From Pedosphaera sp. (GTDB lineage Bacteria > Verrucomicrobiota > Verrucomicrobiia > Limisphaerales > SIBH01), in contig JANOQV010000146.1 in the NCBI GenBank assembly GCA_031414955.1, positions 19,917 through 83,916 of the forward strand: a stretch of DNA of 64,000 bases, in the 5' to 3' direction. Both the position numbers and the translations under genes were made by a program. This document shows, one piece after another, positions 55,691-64,000 of this stretch. Under the pieces are notes generated by a model. It made no database searches. It was not told the origin of the DNA and saw only the letters and a list, made by a program, of their open reading frames with translations. Each line of letters opens with the position of its first letter. Position 1 is the stretch's first letter.

Positions 55691-56995
55691 TCACCGCCTC
55701 GCGGACGGTTGGGCGGCGGGTTTCAATTCATCCTCTTCTGAACGGAAGGTTCCGGTGCCGACCAGCCGCTCGAAGATCGGCGAGGCCATGAGGGTGGTGA
55801 TCACGGCCATGATGACCAGGCTGGCAAACAGCCCTTCCGAGATCACCCCACGTTGCAGGCCGATGTTGATGATGATGAGTTCCATCAACCCGCGCGCGTT
55901 CATCAGCGTGCCGATGCCGAGGGCTTCGCGATTGGAGATGCCGGTCCAACGCGCAGCCAGCCAGCAGGCCACGCCTTTGCCGAGGATGGCCGCGACCAGC
56001 ACCGCGCCGCACATGAGCCAGAGGAAGCCGGAGTTGAGCAGGCCGATTTTGGTGTTCAATCCCGAGTAGGTGAAGAACAGCGGCAGGAGGAGCGCCACGG
56101 TGAGCGGTTGAATGCGGGCGATCAGATCGCGGGTCATCATGCCGCGCGGGATGGCCGCTCCCATGACAAAGGCGCCGAAGACCGCGTGCAGGCCGATCAA
56201 ATCGGTGAACCATGCCGCCAGGGCCATGCAGGCCAGCCCCACCACCAGTCCGGCCTCCGTGAGGGTGCCGTCCTGCTCCAGCCAGCGGGCCAGTCGCGCC
56301 AGCAGTGGGCGGATGATTAGCAGTGTCACCAGGACGAAAGCCGCTCCACCGCCGATGTTGAGCACGGCATGGCTGAAGTTGTGGTCGAAGCTGGCCAGCA
56401 CCACGGCCAGCAGGCACCAGGCCGTCGCGTCATCAATCGCCCCCGCGCCCAGCGCCACCGTTCCCATGGTGGTGCCGGAGAGTTTCTTGAAATGGATGAT
56501 GCGGGCCAGCATGGGAAAGGCGGTGATGCACATGGATGCGCCCAGGAAAAGCATGGCCTCGGTGAGGGTGGTTTTCTGGGGGAAGAGTTCCGTGTGGTGA
56601 AACAAGACCCAGGCCAGGGCCGCGCCGAGGATGAACGGCGCGGCCATGCCGGCTACGGACACGGCGATGGAGCTCTTGAGCTTCTTGCGCAAGATATCGA
56701 CCCGGAACTCCATGCCGACCACGAACATGTAAAGCGCCAGCCCGAGTTGGGACGCGGGATACAAGTAGCTCTGGGTGTCGCGGGTTTGCTGCGCCTTGTC
56801 CCAGGGGAAGAGCCAGTGCTGGGCCTCGGGGGCGAGCAGTCCGAAGAGCGACGGCCCGAGCAGTACGCCCGCGATCATCTCCGCCACCACCTGCGGCTGG
56901 CCGAAGCGCGCTGCCACCGCGCCGACCACCCGGCAAAAGAGCAGGATGACGGCGATCTGCAAAAAGAACTGCACGGCCAGGTGAAGATTGGTCAC
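55691..56995 (-). CDS. Cation:proton antiporter (CPA2/Kef-like)
   Basis: 'QPQVVAEMIAGVLLGPSLFG', 'ITAFPMLARI', 'AIDDATAW', 'MNARGLMELI'. Probable GTG start at 56995. Confidence 0.9.
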   Translation of the reverse strand: MTNLHLAVQFFLQIAVILLFCRVVGAVAARFGQPQVVAEMIAGVLLGPSLFGLLAPEAQHWLFPWDKAQQTRDTQSYLYPASQLGLALYMFVVGMEFRVDILRKKLKSSIAVSVAGMAAPFILGAALAWVLFHHTELFPQKTTLTEAMLFLGASMCITAFPMLARIIHFKKLSGTTMGTVALGAGAIDDATAWCLLAVVLASFDHNFSHAVLNIGGGAAFVLVTLLIIRPLLARLARWLEQDGTLTEAGLVVGLACMALAAWFTDLIGLHAVFGAFVMGAAIPRGMMTRDLIARIQPLTVALLLPLFFTYSGLNTKIGLLNSGFLWLMCGAVLVAAILGKGVACWLAARWTGISNREALGIGTLMNARGLMELIIINIGLQRGVISEGLFASLVIMAVITTLMASPIFERLVGTGTFRSEEDELKPAAQPSARR

Positions 56996-57052
56996 GACGG
57001 AAAGTGTGCCCAGGTTGCCCGTGGTAACGGAAATATAATCTCGCTCTGAGCG

Positions 57053-57071
57053 TGATGCCGTGCTGGCATCA
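57053..57071. promoter_or_regulatory. Putative LysR binding site
   Basis: Dyad tgatgcc-gtgct-ggcatca containing T-N11-A, between the divergent antiporter and LysR genes. Confidence 0.6.
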
Positions 57072-57082
57072 GCAAACTTCAC

Positions 57083-57994
57083 ATGGAACTCCGGCACATT
57101 CGCTACTTTCAGGCCGTGGCCGAGGAACGCAGTTACTCCCGCGCCGCGCAGCGCCTGCATGTCGCCCAGCCCGCCTTGAGCCGCGCGGTCAAAGACATCG
57201 AGTCGTTCCTCGGGGTGGCCGTGCTCGACCGCTCCCGGCATCACGTCCGCCTCACGCCCGCCGGGGCCGCGTTGCTGCATGAGACGGGGGTGCTGCTGGA
57301 ACGGTGGGAGGAGGCGTTGCGGCGCGTCAAGCGCACTGCCGCCGGCGAGGAGGGCGAATTGCGGCTTGGCTACATCGGGCCGCCCACGGAGACGTTCCTC
57401 GGACGGCTGCTGCACGAATATCGCCGCCGCTTTCCGCTCGTCTCCGTTCACCTCGAGGAGCGGACGCCAGAACGTGTCTGGGAGATGGTGGCCAAGGGGC
57501 GTCTTTCCGCCGGGCTGACCCGTCCCGTGCTGACGCATGAGGCGCTGGGACTAAGAACGATTCTTTTGCGCGAGGAACCGCTGGGGGCGGTGGTGCCGGA
57601 CGGACATCCGTGGGCCCGGCGGCGTTCCCTGCCATGGACGGCGCTGCGCCTGGAACCGCTCATCGTGCTGGCCCGGCGCGAAGGCATGGGCCTGCATGAT
57701 GCGGTCCTGGCCGGTTGTCGTCGCGCTGGGTTCGTCCCGCGTTTCGCCCACACGCCGAGCCTGATCGGCACGGTGCTGAGTTACGTCGAAGCCGGGGCCG
57801 GACTTGGGGTGGTGACCGATTCCGTGGTCCATCCGGCCTCCGAGTTGCGTTTCATTCCGCTCCAACCCGCCGCCTCCGTGCCCTTGGTCATGGCCTGGCA
57901 GGAGCACGATGATTCACCGCCCGTGCAACGCTTCCGCGAGTTGCTGCTGGAGTGGAAGCGGGGCAAAAAACTCTGGAAGCGCCCGACGCATTGA
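57083..57994 (+). CDS. LysR-family transcriptional regulator
   Basis: 'MELRHIRYFQAVAEERSYSRAAQRLHVAQPALSR'. Divergent from the antiporter. Confidence 0.95.
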   Translation: MELRHIRYFQAVAEERSYSRAAQRLHVAQPALSRAVKDIESFLGVAVLDRSRHHVRLTPAGAALLHETGVLLERWEEALRRVKRTAAGEEGELRLGYIGPPTETFLGRLLHEYRRRFPLVSVHLEERTPERVWEMVAKGRLSAGLTRPVLTHEALGLRTILLREEPLGAVVPDGHPWARRRSLPWTALRLEPLIVLARREGMGLHDAVLAGCRRAGFVPRFAHTPSLIGTVLSYVEAGAGLGVVTDSVVHPASELRFIPLQPAASVPLVMAWQEHDDSPPVQRFRELLLEWKRGKKLWKRPTH

Positions 57995-58029
57995 ACCGGT
58001 GCGCTCCTGAAAGGTTGCGGCCCTGAAGC

Positions 58030-58066
58030 CTCGGGCGGAGCAGGGGCCAGAACCGCTCCGCCCGAG
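58030..58066. terminator. Hairpin between convergent genes
   Basis: ctcgggcggagc-N13-gctccgcccgag (12-bp stem), no clear U tract. Confidence 0.35.
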
Positions 58067-58101
58067 ATAATCCCATGTGGTCGGCGACCGCGACGTGCCA
58101 C

Positions 58102-58494
58102 TTAATCCGGCTTGTGCACGCTGTGGCAGGCCTTGCAGTTCACAGCGTCTTTGTACTTGGCGGCGGCACCGGCCTCGCCCTTCTGCAAGGACTGGGCTGC
58201 GGTCAGCAGCTTGCCCGTCTTGTCCTTCCAACTCACCTCGTCGCCCTGCGGCGGCTTGGCCTTGGCCATGGCGGTGTAGCACTCGACGAGTTTGCTCAAC
58301 TCCTCGGGAGTGGCCTTGCCGTCGGTGGCTTTTTTGCAGACCGGGTCCACGCCTTTGGGCGCCTTGTGGTAGGTCTTCATGGCGTCCTTGATGACGCTCT
58401 TTTCCTCGGCGGACTGCAACTGCCAGGCGAAGGCGCCGAGGGCCAGCAGCGCGACCAGGCCCGTGGTGACTCTGAGGACAATGTGTTTGTGCAT
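58102..58494 (-). CDS. Small periplasmic c-type cytochrome (helical, C-terminal heme motif)
   Basis: Signal peptide and C-terminal 'NCKACHSVHK'. Confidence 0.82.
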   Translation of the reverse strand: MHKHIVLRVTTGLVALLALGAFAWQLQSAEEKSVIKDAMKTYHKAPKGVDPVCKKATDGKATPEELSKLVECYTAMAKAKPPQGDEVSWKDKTGKLLTAAQSLQKGEAGAAAKYKDAVNCKACHSVHKPD

Positions 58495-58660
58495 GTGTGT
58501 TTTGTTTTGGTGTTTGGCCCGCGGTCACGACGAAAACGCACGGCGCAAAAGCGCCGTCTCCCCAGGCAAGCCAGGTGTTGAAATCATTCGTGCCACAAGC
58601 TGATGCCCGGCATGGACGCATGAAACGGGCGAATTGTTAAGCGGGATTTTGCGGTGACGC

Positions 58661-59440
58661 TCAATTCTTCGCCACGCTGGTGCGGTTCTTGAGCCAGTCG
58701 AAATCCACCGGCGCGGAGGCGGGGAAAGTGCCGCTGGCCGAACCGTAGGGCCGCCGCGTTTCACCGAGCGCCCAGCGCTGAAGTTCAGCGTGACCATCGG
58801 CGAAGGTGAGGTTGGCGCCGCCCCGATGCCACGAGCCGGGCAGGTTGCCCCACACGTAGTCTTGCCAGCGGTTCATAAAGAAGCCGTCGTTGATCGTGTC
58901 CGGGTTCTCATCGAGGAAGACGTAGATTTGTGAAGGATTGGGCATGTCTCCAAGCTGGAAGAATTGCACGAACTGGGGATTGAACTGGTTGGTCAGCTCG
59001 CCGGGATCGCCGACCAGCGAATTCATCGAGACGCTGCGCAGGCGCGGACCGTTCTCGGCCACGGAGCGATCGGACGGACACTTGAAAACTTTTACCGAGC
59101 CGCTGAGATAGGGAGCCAGGAGGCTGCTGGCGAGCAGCGCGACGTTGGTGTTGCCGTCACGGTTGAGTAAATCCTGCATGTTGTTGGCCCAGTTCTGCTG
59201 GCGCAGCAGCGTCTCGTTGATGCCGTGATTGTTGACCAGACGATCCTCATGTTCGTCCGCGTAGAGAAACCAGGCCAGGGAGAGCTGCTTCAGGTTGCTC
59301 GCGCAGGCGATTTGTTGCGCCCGGCCCTTGCCCTGGGCCAGCGCCGGCAGGAGCAACGCCACCAGCACGGCGATGATGGCAATCACCACCAGCAGTTCGA
59401 TGAGAGTGAAACCGCGCCGTGAGGACTGGGACTTGGGCAT
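58661..59440 (-). CDS. Prepilin-type N-terminal cleavage/methylation domain protein with H-X9-DG motif
   Basis: '[18 protein letters not shown]', 'CASNLKQ', 'FKCPSD', '[16 protein letters not shown]'. ATG at 59440. Confidence 0.9.
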   Translation of the reverse strand: MPKSQSSRRGFTLIELLVVIAIIAVLVALLLPALAQGKGRAQQIACASNLKQLSLAWFLYADEHEDRLVNNHGINETLLRQQNWANNMQDLLNRDGNTNVALLASSLLAPYLSGSVKVFKCPSDRSVAENGPRLRSVSMNSLVGDPGELTNQFNPQFVQFFQLGDMPNPSQIYVFLDENPDTINDGFFMNRWQDYVWGNLPGSWHRGGANLTFADGHAELQRWALGETRRPYGSASGTFPASAPVDFDWLKNRTSVAKN

Positions 59441-59495
59441 GGCTACTTGTGGCGAAAACCCGCGCGCCCGGCGATGGAAATCGTCGGGGCGACTG

Positions 59496-59693
59496 GAGCG
59501 CCGTAGGCGCGGCCAGAGAGTAGCCCACGGCGGCAGCCGTGGGATCGGATGGGCGAGACGACCCAGCCCCAGCGGGGCGATAGAAGCCCAGCGACGGCCA
59601 GTCTTTCGCCCCGCTGGGGCTGGGGGGGGCGGGCATGTCATTTTTCCCACGGCTCGCGCCGTGGGCTACTCTCTGGCCGCGCCTACGGCGCTC
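59496..59693. mobile_element. 198-bp nested palindromic element (MITE/REPIN-like, non-autonomous)
   Basis: Perfect 37-bp terminal inverted repeat (59496-59532 / 59657-59693) and an inner 19-bp inverted repeat (59562-59580 / 59606-59624). Partial second copy at about 43291. Confidence 0.7.
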
Positions 59694-59832
59694 AGGAACG
59701 GTGCCCTCCGCCTTCTCTCCATCTATTCAATCCCACCCGGAGCAGGGACGGCCCGTCCCCACGGTGGCCCGCAACGGGGATTGATTGCGCCGCGTTTTTG
59801 CCGCAGCGTTTCGCCCGAACAAACGAGCATCA

Positions 59833-62208
59833 ATGACGCACACCACCGCACAAAAGCGCCACCTTGAACTGGCCGGGGAAATTCGCCGCCATGATCAGGC
59901 CTACTACGTCGAGGCCCGGCCCGCCTTGAGTGACTTTGAGTATGATCGGCTTTACCAGGAGCTGCTCGACCTGGAGAAACAATTCCCTGACCTCGTCACG
60001 CCCAATTCCCCGACTCAGCGCGTCGGCGGAGCGACCACCGAAGGCTTCGCGCGCGTGGCCCATCTGCAACCCATGCTCTCGCTGGAAAAAATCGAAGGCG
60101 CGGAACATCCGACCAAGGAGGAGGAGCCGGATCGTGAGCGGCGCAATTGCCAACAGGATGAGAATACGCTGGCCGCATTGCTTTCGTGGGACGCCACCAT
60201 CCGCAAGCAACTGGGCCGCGAGCGTGTGGAATACGCGATGGAACCAAAGGTGGATGGCGTGTCCCTGAGCGTCCACTACCGCCACGGTAAACTCGCTCTC
60301 GCTGTCACGCGCGGCGACGGCCAGGTGGGTGATGACATCACCGCCAACCTCCGCACTGTGCGCGCCGTCCCGTTGGAATTGCAGTTGCCGAACCCGCCCG
60401 CGCTGCTCGAAGTGCGCGGCGAGGCCTACATCGCCACCAAGGATTTTGACGCCGTGAACGCGAAGCTGGCGGCGGCCGGTGAAAAAACTTTTCCCAACGC
60501 CCGCAATGCCACCGCCGGCGCGCTCAAGCAGCTCGACCCGAAGCTCGTGGCGCAGCGACCCATCAGCGCCGTGTTCTACGCCGTCGGTGCGTGCGAGGGC
60601 ATTGAGTTCGCGACGCACGATGAAATGCTCCTGGCGCTCGCGCGCTTCGGTCTGCCCACCCAGCGGCATTGGGTCTGCGATGGCATCGGGGCGGTGCTCG
60701 ACATTTACCGGAAGGAGATCGTCTGTGGCTATGACGAGACGCGCGACTTGCGCCGCCAGTTGCCCTACGAGATCGACGGCCTCGTGCTCAAGGTCAACCG
60801 CCTGGCCGACGCCCAGCGCATCCCGTCCAAGACGCGCGCGCCCGGCCACGCCATCGTCCACAAGCCCATCCCCTGGATCACGCCTGCGGAGACGTTGCTC
60901 AAGAACATCACCGTGCAAGTCGGGCGCACCGGCGTGCTCACGCCCGTGGCGGAGTTGGAACCCGTCTTCGTGCAAGGCTCCACCGTCGCGCGCGCCACCT
61001 TGCACAACGAGGACGAAATCCGCCGCAAGGACATCCGCATCGGCGACACCGTGGTCATCCGCAAAGCGGGCATGGTCATTCCGGAAGTGCTCGAAGCCGT
61101 CATGGGCAAACGTCCGCCCGGCGCGAAGGAGTTTGATTTCCTGGCGCACATCAGTGGCAAATGCCCGGCCTGCGGTGGACCGGTGGCACGGGAGAAGATT
61201 GCCGGGGGCGAGGAGGAGGTCGCGTGGCGTTGTGAAAATGTCGCCGGCTGTCCCGCCCAGAAGACGCGACGGGTGGAATACTTCGCCCAGCGCAAGGCTC
61301 TCGACATCGAATCGCTCGGCGGCATCGTGGCGGAAAAACTCGTCGAGCGCGGTTTGGTGAGCGAACCGCTCGATCTGTTCAACCTCAACAAGGAACAACT
61401 CGGCAAGCTGAACCTCGGCACGGACGATGAGCCACGCATCTTCGGCGAGAAGAACGCGACCAAGGTCATCGAGGCTTTGGAGCGGGCGAAACAAGCCCCT
61501 CTGCACCGCTGGATTCACGCCCTGGCCATTCCCGAGATCGGCGAAACCACCGCCTGGCAACTGGCTCAAGTCCACGGCTCGCTCGTGGAACTGGCCTCCT
61601 CCTCCGTCCTGCGCGACATCCGCGAGCTTGGCGACAAGGAGGCCGAGCGCGCCGAGATTTCGCCGCGGTCGCGCAAGAACCCTCCGAAGAGTGACGAGGA
61701 ACGCGCCACCCGGCAGCAGCGCAGCGAGGAACTCGCGGGCCAGATCGCCCTGCTCGAAAACCGGCTTGATGCCAGTGGTACGAAGCTAGCCCTCGCAGAA
61801 GTCGGACCCGTGGCCAGCGCGGCAGTGCTGGATTTCTTCGCCTCGGACACCGGAACGCGGGTTCTCGATCGGCTGCGCGCTCTGCGCATCAACCCCGCCG
61901 GTGCCGAGGTCAGGACCGTGGCGACGAATTCCCCCAAACCGCTGACCGGCAAAACCTTCGTCCTGACGGGCACGCTGCCCACGCTCTCTCGCGATGACGC
62001 CTCGGCCCTGATCCGCGCGGCCGGTGGCGAAGTCAGCAGTTCGGTGAGCAAGAATTCCGGCTTTGTGCTGGCGGGCGCGGAAGCGGGATCAAAACTCGAC
62101 AAGGCGCAGAAGCTCGGGGTGCCGATCATCGACGAGGCGGAATTCCGTAAAATGATCAGCTCCGAACCCTCAGCCCGGCCCCCTGGAGCCCAAACCGAAT
62201 TGATCTGA
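59833..62208 (+). CDS. ligA: NAD-dependent DNA ligase
   Basis: 'SPTQRVG', 'PMLSL', 'EPKVDG', 'TRGDG', 'EVRGE', 'DGLVLK', 'QVGRTG', Cys4 zinc finger, HhH, BRCT 'GKTFVLTGTL...AGSKLDKA'. Confidence 0.96.
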   Translation: MTHTTAQKRHLELAGEIRRHDQAYYVEARPALSDFEYDRLYQELLDLEKQFPDLVTPNSPTQRVGGATTEGFARVAHLQPMLSLEKIEGAEHPTKEEEPDRERRNCQQDENTLAALLSWDATIRKQLGRERVEYAMEPKVDGVSLSVHYRHGKLALAVTRGDGQVGDDITANLRTVRAVPLELQLPNPPALLEVRGEAYIATKDFDAVNAKLAAAGEKTFPNARNATAGALKQLDPKLVAQRPISAVFYAVGACEGIEFATHDEMLLALARFGLPTQRHWVCDGIGAVLDIYRKEIVCGYDETRDLRRQLPYEIDGLVLKVNRLADAQRIPSKTRAPGHAIVHKPIPWITPAETLLKNITVQVGRTGVLTPVAELEPVFVQGSTVARATLHNEDEIRRKDIRIGDTVVIRKAGMVIPEVLEAVMGKRPPGAKEFDFLAHISGKCPACGGPVAREKIAGGEEEVAWRCENVAGCPAQKTRRVEYFAQRKALDIESLGGIVAEKLVERGLVSEPLDLFNLNKEQLGKLNLGTDDEPRIFGEKNATKVIEALERAKQAPLHRWIHALAIPEIGETTAWQLAQVHGSLVELASSSVLRDIRELGDKEAERAEISPRSRKNPPKSDEERATRQQRSEELAGQIALLENRLDASGTKLALAEVGPVASAAVLDFFASDTGTRVLDRLRALRINPAGAEVRTVATNSPKPLTGKTFVLTGTLPTLSRDDASALIRAAGGEVSSSVSKNSGFVLAGAEAGSKLDKAQKLGVPIIDEAEFRKMISSEPSARPPGAQTELI

Positions 62209-62226
62209 TCCAAAAGTGAATCTCGA

Positions 62227-62859
62227 TTGAAAACTTCGCCGCGCATTTGCCCCGAGTGTAGATCGGTCTTGTTGCGAAGCGAGACGAGCAGCGCGGCCAG
62301 CGTGGCGGCTGAATCGCCCGCGGAACCACGCCTCACTGTCGGTGCGGTCGAACCCCAGCCCGCCTGGTGCTGCCCGAATCCCGATTGTCCAGCGCAGGTG
62401 CGGAGATGGATCGCGCATTGGTGCGCGCCGGGCGCGATGGACATCGAGGGTGCGGACGCCACGCTCATCGCGCGACTTGTCCAGCGCGGACTCGTGCGCG
62501 ATGTGGCCGAACTGTATCAATTGACCGAGAGCGATCTGCTCCAGCTTGGCGGCCTGGATTCAAACGCGGCCCAAACTTTTCTCGCGTCTCTTGACTCCAG
62601 CAAGTCGCGCGACTTGTGGCGGCTGCTCTTCGGCCTCGACATTCCGCGCGTCGCCCTGGCCGAGGCTCAGGCGCTGGCCCGACGCTTTAAGGACCTCGAA
62701 GAAGTGATGGGTGCCCCGCTCGATCTGTTGCAGGGCACGCTTGGGCACGGCAGCGAGGAAACAACGCGCAGTCTCGTGCAGTGGTCCAAGAGTTCCTACA
62801 ACCGCAAACTCATCAAGCGCCTGCGCGAGGCCGGACTGAGTTTTCGTTCGTTGCTTTAG
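62227..62859 (+). CDS. Stand-alone LigA-like zinc-finger + HhH protein (partial ligA paralog)
   Basis: 'CPEC...WCCPNPDCPAQ', 'AMDIEG', 'LVQRGLVRDVAELYQL', 'SKSRDLWRLLFGLDI'. No adenylation, OB or BRCT domain. TTG start. Confidence 0.75.
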   Translation: MKTSPRICPECRSVLLRSETSSAASVAAESPAEPRLTVGAVEPQPAWCCPNPDCPAQVRRWIAHWCAPGAMDIEGADATLIARLVQRGLVRDVAELYQLTESDLLQLGGLDSNAAQTFLASLDSSKSRDLWRLLFGLDIPRVALAEAQALARRFKDLEEVMGAPLDLLQGTLGHGSEETTRSLVQWSKSSYNRKLIKRLREAGLSFRSLL

Positions 62860-62887
62860 CCTGAAACAGGGCTTGGTCCCGCTCCAC

Positions 62888-63769
62888 TCACCTGCGTTTG
62901 CTGTCCACGTAAGCCCACGCCATGCCGAGCAACAGCCCGCCCGCGTGGGCGTAATTGGCCACATGCTTGGCTCCGACAAAACAGATCACAAACCAGATCA
63001 TGGCCATGATCCAGGTTTGCCGATCGAGCATCACGCCGGCCGAGGGATCAAAGCGGCCGCGAATCCAGGCATAGCCAATCAAGCCGTAAACCACGCCGGA
63101 CATGCCGCCGAAAAGCACATGGCCACCAATGATGTATTCCGCGAGGTTCGACCCTGCTGAGACCACGAACACAAACGCGGTGAGGTAAGCCGCCCCGAGC
63201 CGCGCTTCAAACATGCTCCCCAGATCCCGCAGCATGAGCAGATTGAACACGATGTGGAGCAGGCCAAAATGAATGAACATCGGGGTGAACAGCCGCCAGA
63301 TTTCACCGTGCCGGATCTCGGTCAGACCGAAACCTGCGCCCCGCCCGTGCTGCGTCTCCGTGATCAGCAGCGCGGCAATGCGTTCAATGTCCTGCCCCAT
63401 TTTGGAGACGAAAAAAACGATCACGCACACCACGATGAGCGCATAGGTCACAAACCCAAAGCCGTAGCTCGACCGTCCTTGGAACATCTGAGTGCTCGGC
63501 ACGACGCGTTTGCGATAGGCCACGTCCTCCGCCTGGGCTTTCTGACGGAGCTTCTCGGCGGGCGAGCCGGCCAGGAAACGCGCGTCGCGAGGATTGACCC
63601 GAAATTCCTCCAGCAACCTGGCCGCCGTGCCGAGGTGCTCCTCGGCATGAACCCAAATGGCCCAGCGCTTTCCATCCTCCTCGAACTGGGTCTCGATGCC
63701 CTGCACGTAGAGATAATCTCCAAACGTGCGGGCATCCTGGTCGTTATCGAGATGGCCGATGAGTCGCAT
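62888..63769 (-). CDS. glpG: Rhomboid intramembrane serine protease, GlpG-like
   Basis: N-terminal soluble domain, 'WRLFTP', 'HFGLLHIVFN', catalytic 'GMSG' and 'AHAGG'. Confidence 0.9.
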   Translation of the reverse strand: MRLIGHLDNDQDARTFGDYLYVQGIETQFEEDGKRWAIWVHAEEHLGTAARLLEEFRVNPRDARFLAGSPAEKLRQKAQAEDVAYRKRVVPSTQMFQGRSSYGFGFVTYALIVVCVIVFFVSKMGQDIERIAALLITETQHGRGAGFGLTEIRHGEIWRLFTPMFIHFGLLHIVFNLLMLRDLGSMFEARLGAAYLTAFVFVVSAGSNLAEYIIGGHVLFGGMSGVVYGLIGYAWIRGRFDPSAGVMLDRQTWIMAMIWFVICFVGAKHVANYAHAGGLLLGMAWAYVDSKRR

Positions 63770-63905
63770 GAGCGGGGCTTTGGTAACACGCGGCGCGGCG
63801 CGGCGTCACCCGAAGAGTGCCGGGATCCGGGCCGTAGGGAGATCAAGCAGGCCGTCCACCCCGGGGCGTGCCCGCGTCCTACTGAGGCTCGTGCCATAGA
63901 ATGAT

Positions 63906-63973
63906 GGAGCGCCGAGCATTGCTCGGCACGAAGGGGCGGCGTTCCACTCATGCCGAGCAAAGCTCGGCGCGCC
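63906..63973. repeat. Intergenic GGAG-REP doublet (REPIN-like)
   Basis: ggagcgccgagcattgctcggca (63906-63928) and tgccgagcaaagctcggcgcgcc (63951-63973): 23-bp arms with 2 mismatches. Confidence 0.75.
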
Positions 63974-64000
63974 TTCTACAGACACGCCGGTCGCATCATG

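Noticed and set aside
56996..57538. 615-aa version of the antiporter overlapping lysR
   Set aside because: The extension is antisense to the LysR gene. Antiporter-like sequence starts near 56995.
59441..59650. 329-aa version of the prepilin-type protein
   Set aside because: The extension reads through the palindromic element. The prepilin cleavage motif requires the start at 59440.

Overview
GC-rich bacterial window. Gene content and style (H-X9-DG prepilin-type protein, C-terminal 'FYRV' domain, TIGR02999-like ECF sigma factor) suggest a Verrucomicrobia/PVC-group organism; this is inferred, not proven. The left 25.8 kb is the highlight. It holds a complete, canonically ordered enediyne 'warhead' cassette on the minus strand: E3/DUF1702, E4/UnbV, E5/UnbU, the iterative PKSE (KS-AT-ACP-KR-DH-PPTase) and the E10 thioesterase. 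Upstream is a 3401-aa secreted protein built as 5 x (HYR-like domain + three ~180-aa His-conserving repeats) behind a sigma54-type promoter. Downstream, two ABC permeases and an MMPL/RND exporter converge on the cassette. No tailoring, apoprotein or resistance genes typical of actinomycete enediyne clusters are visible in the window. The rest is mixed housekeeping and accessory genes: a sugar kinase-uridylyltransferase fusion, M50 protease, serine hydrolase, corA, a PAS kinase, an ECF sigma factor, an LPS kinase, Prx6, a methyltransferase, a redoxin/heme/Cu-monooxygenase, RidA plus a PLP enzyme, pilMNOP-secretin plus an NHL protein, a UvrD-type helicase, antiporter/LysR, cytochrome c, ligA with a stand-alone partial ligA paralog, and a rhomboid protease. 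GGAG-type REP doublets and heptamer tandem repeats are scattered throughout, several in frame inside genes. No rRNA, tRNA, CRISPR array or transposase was recognised. All assignments come from reading motifs by eye; no database search was run.
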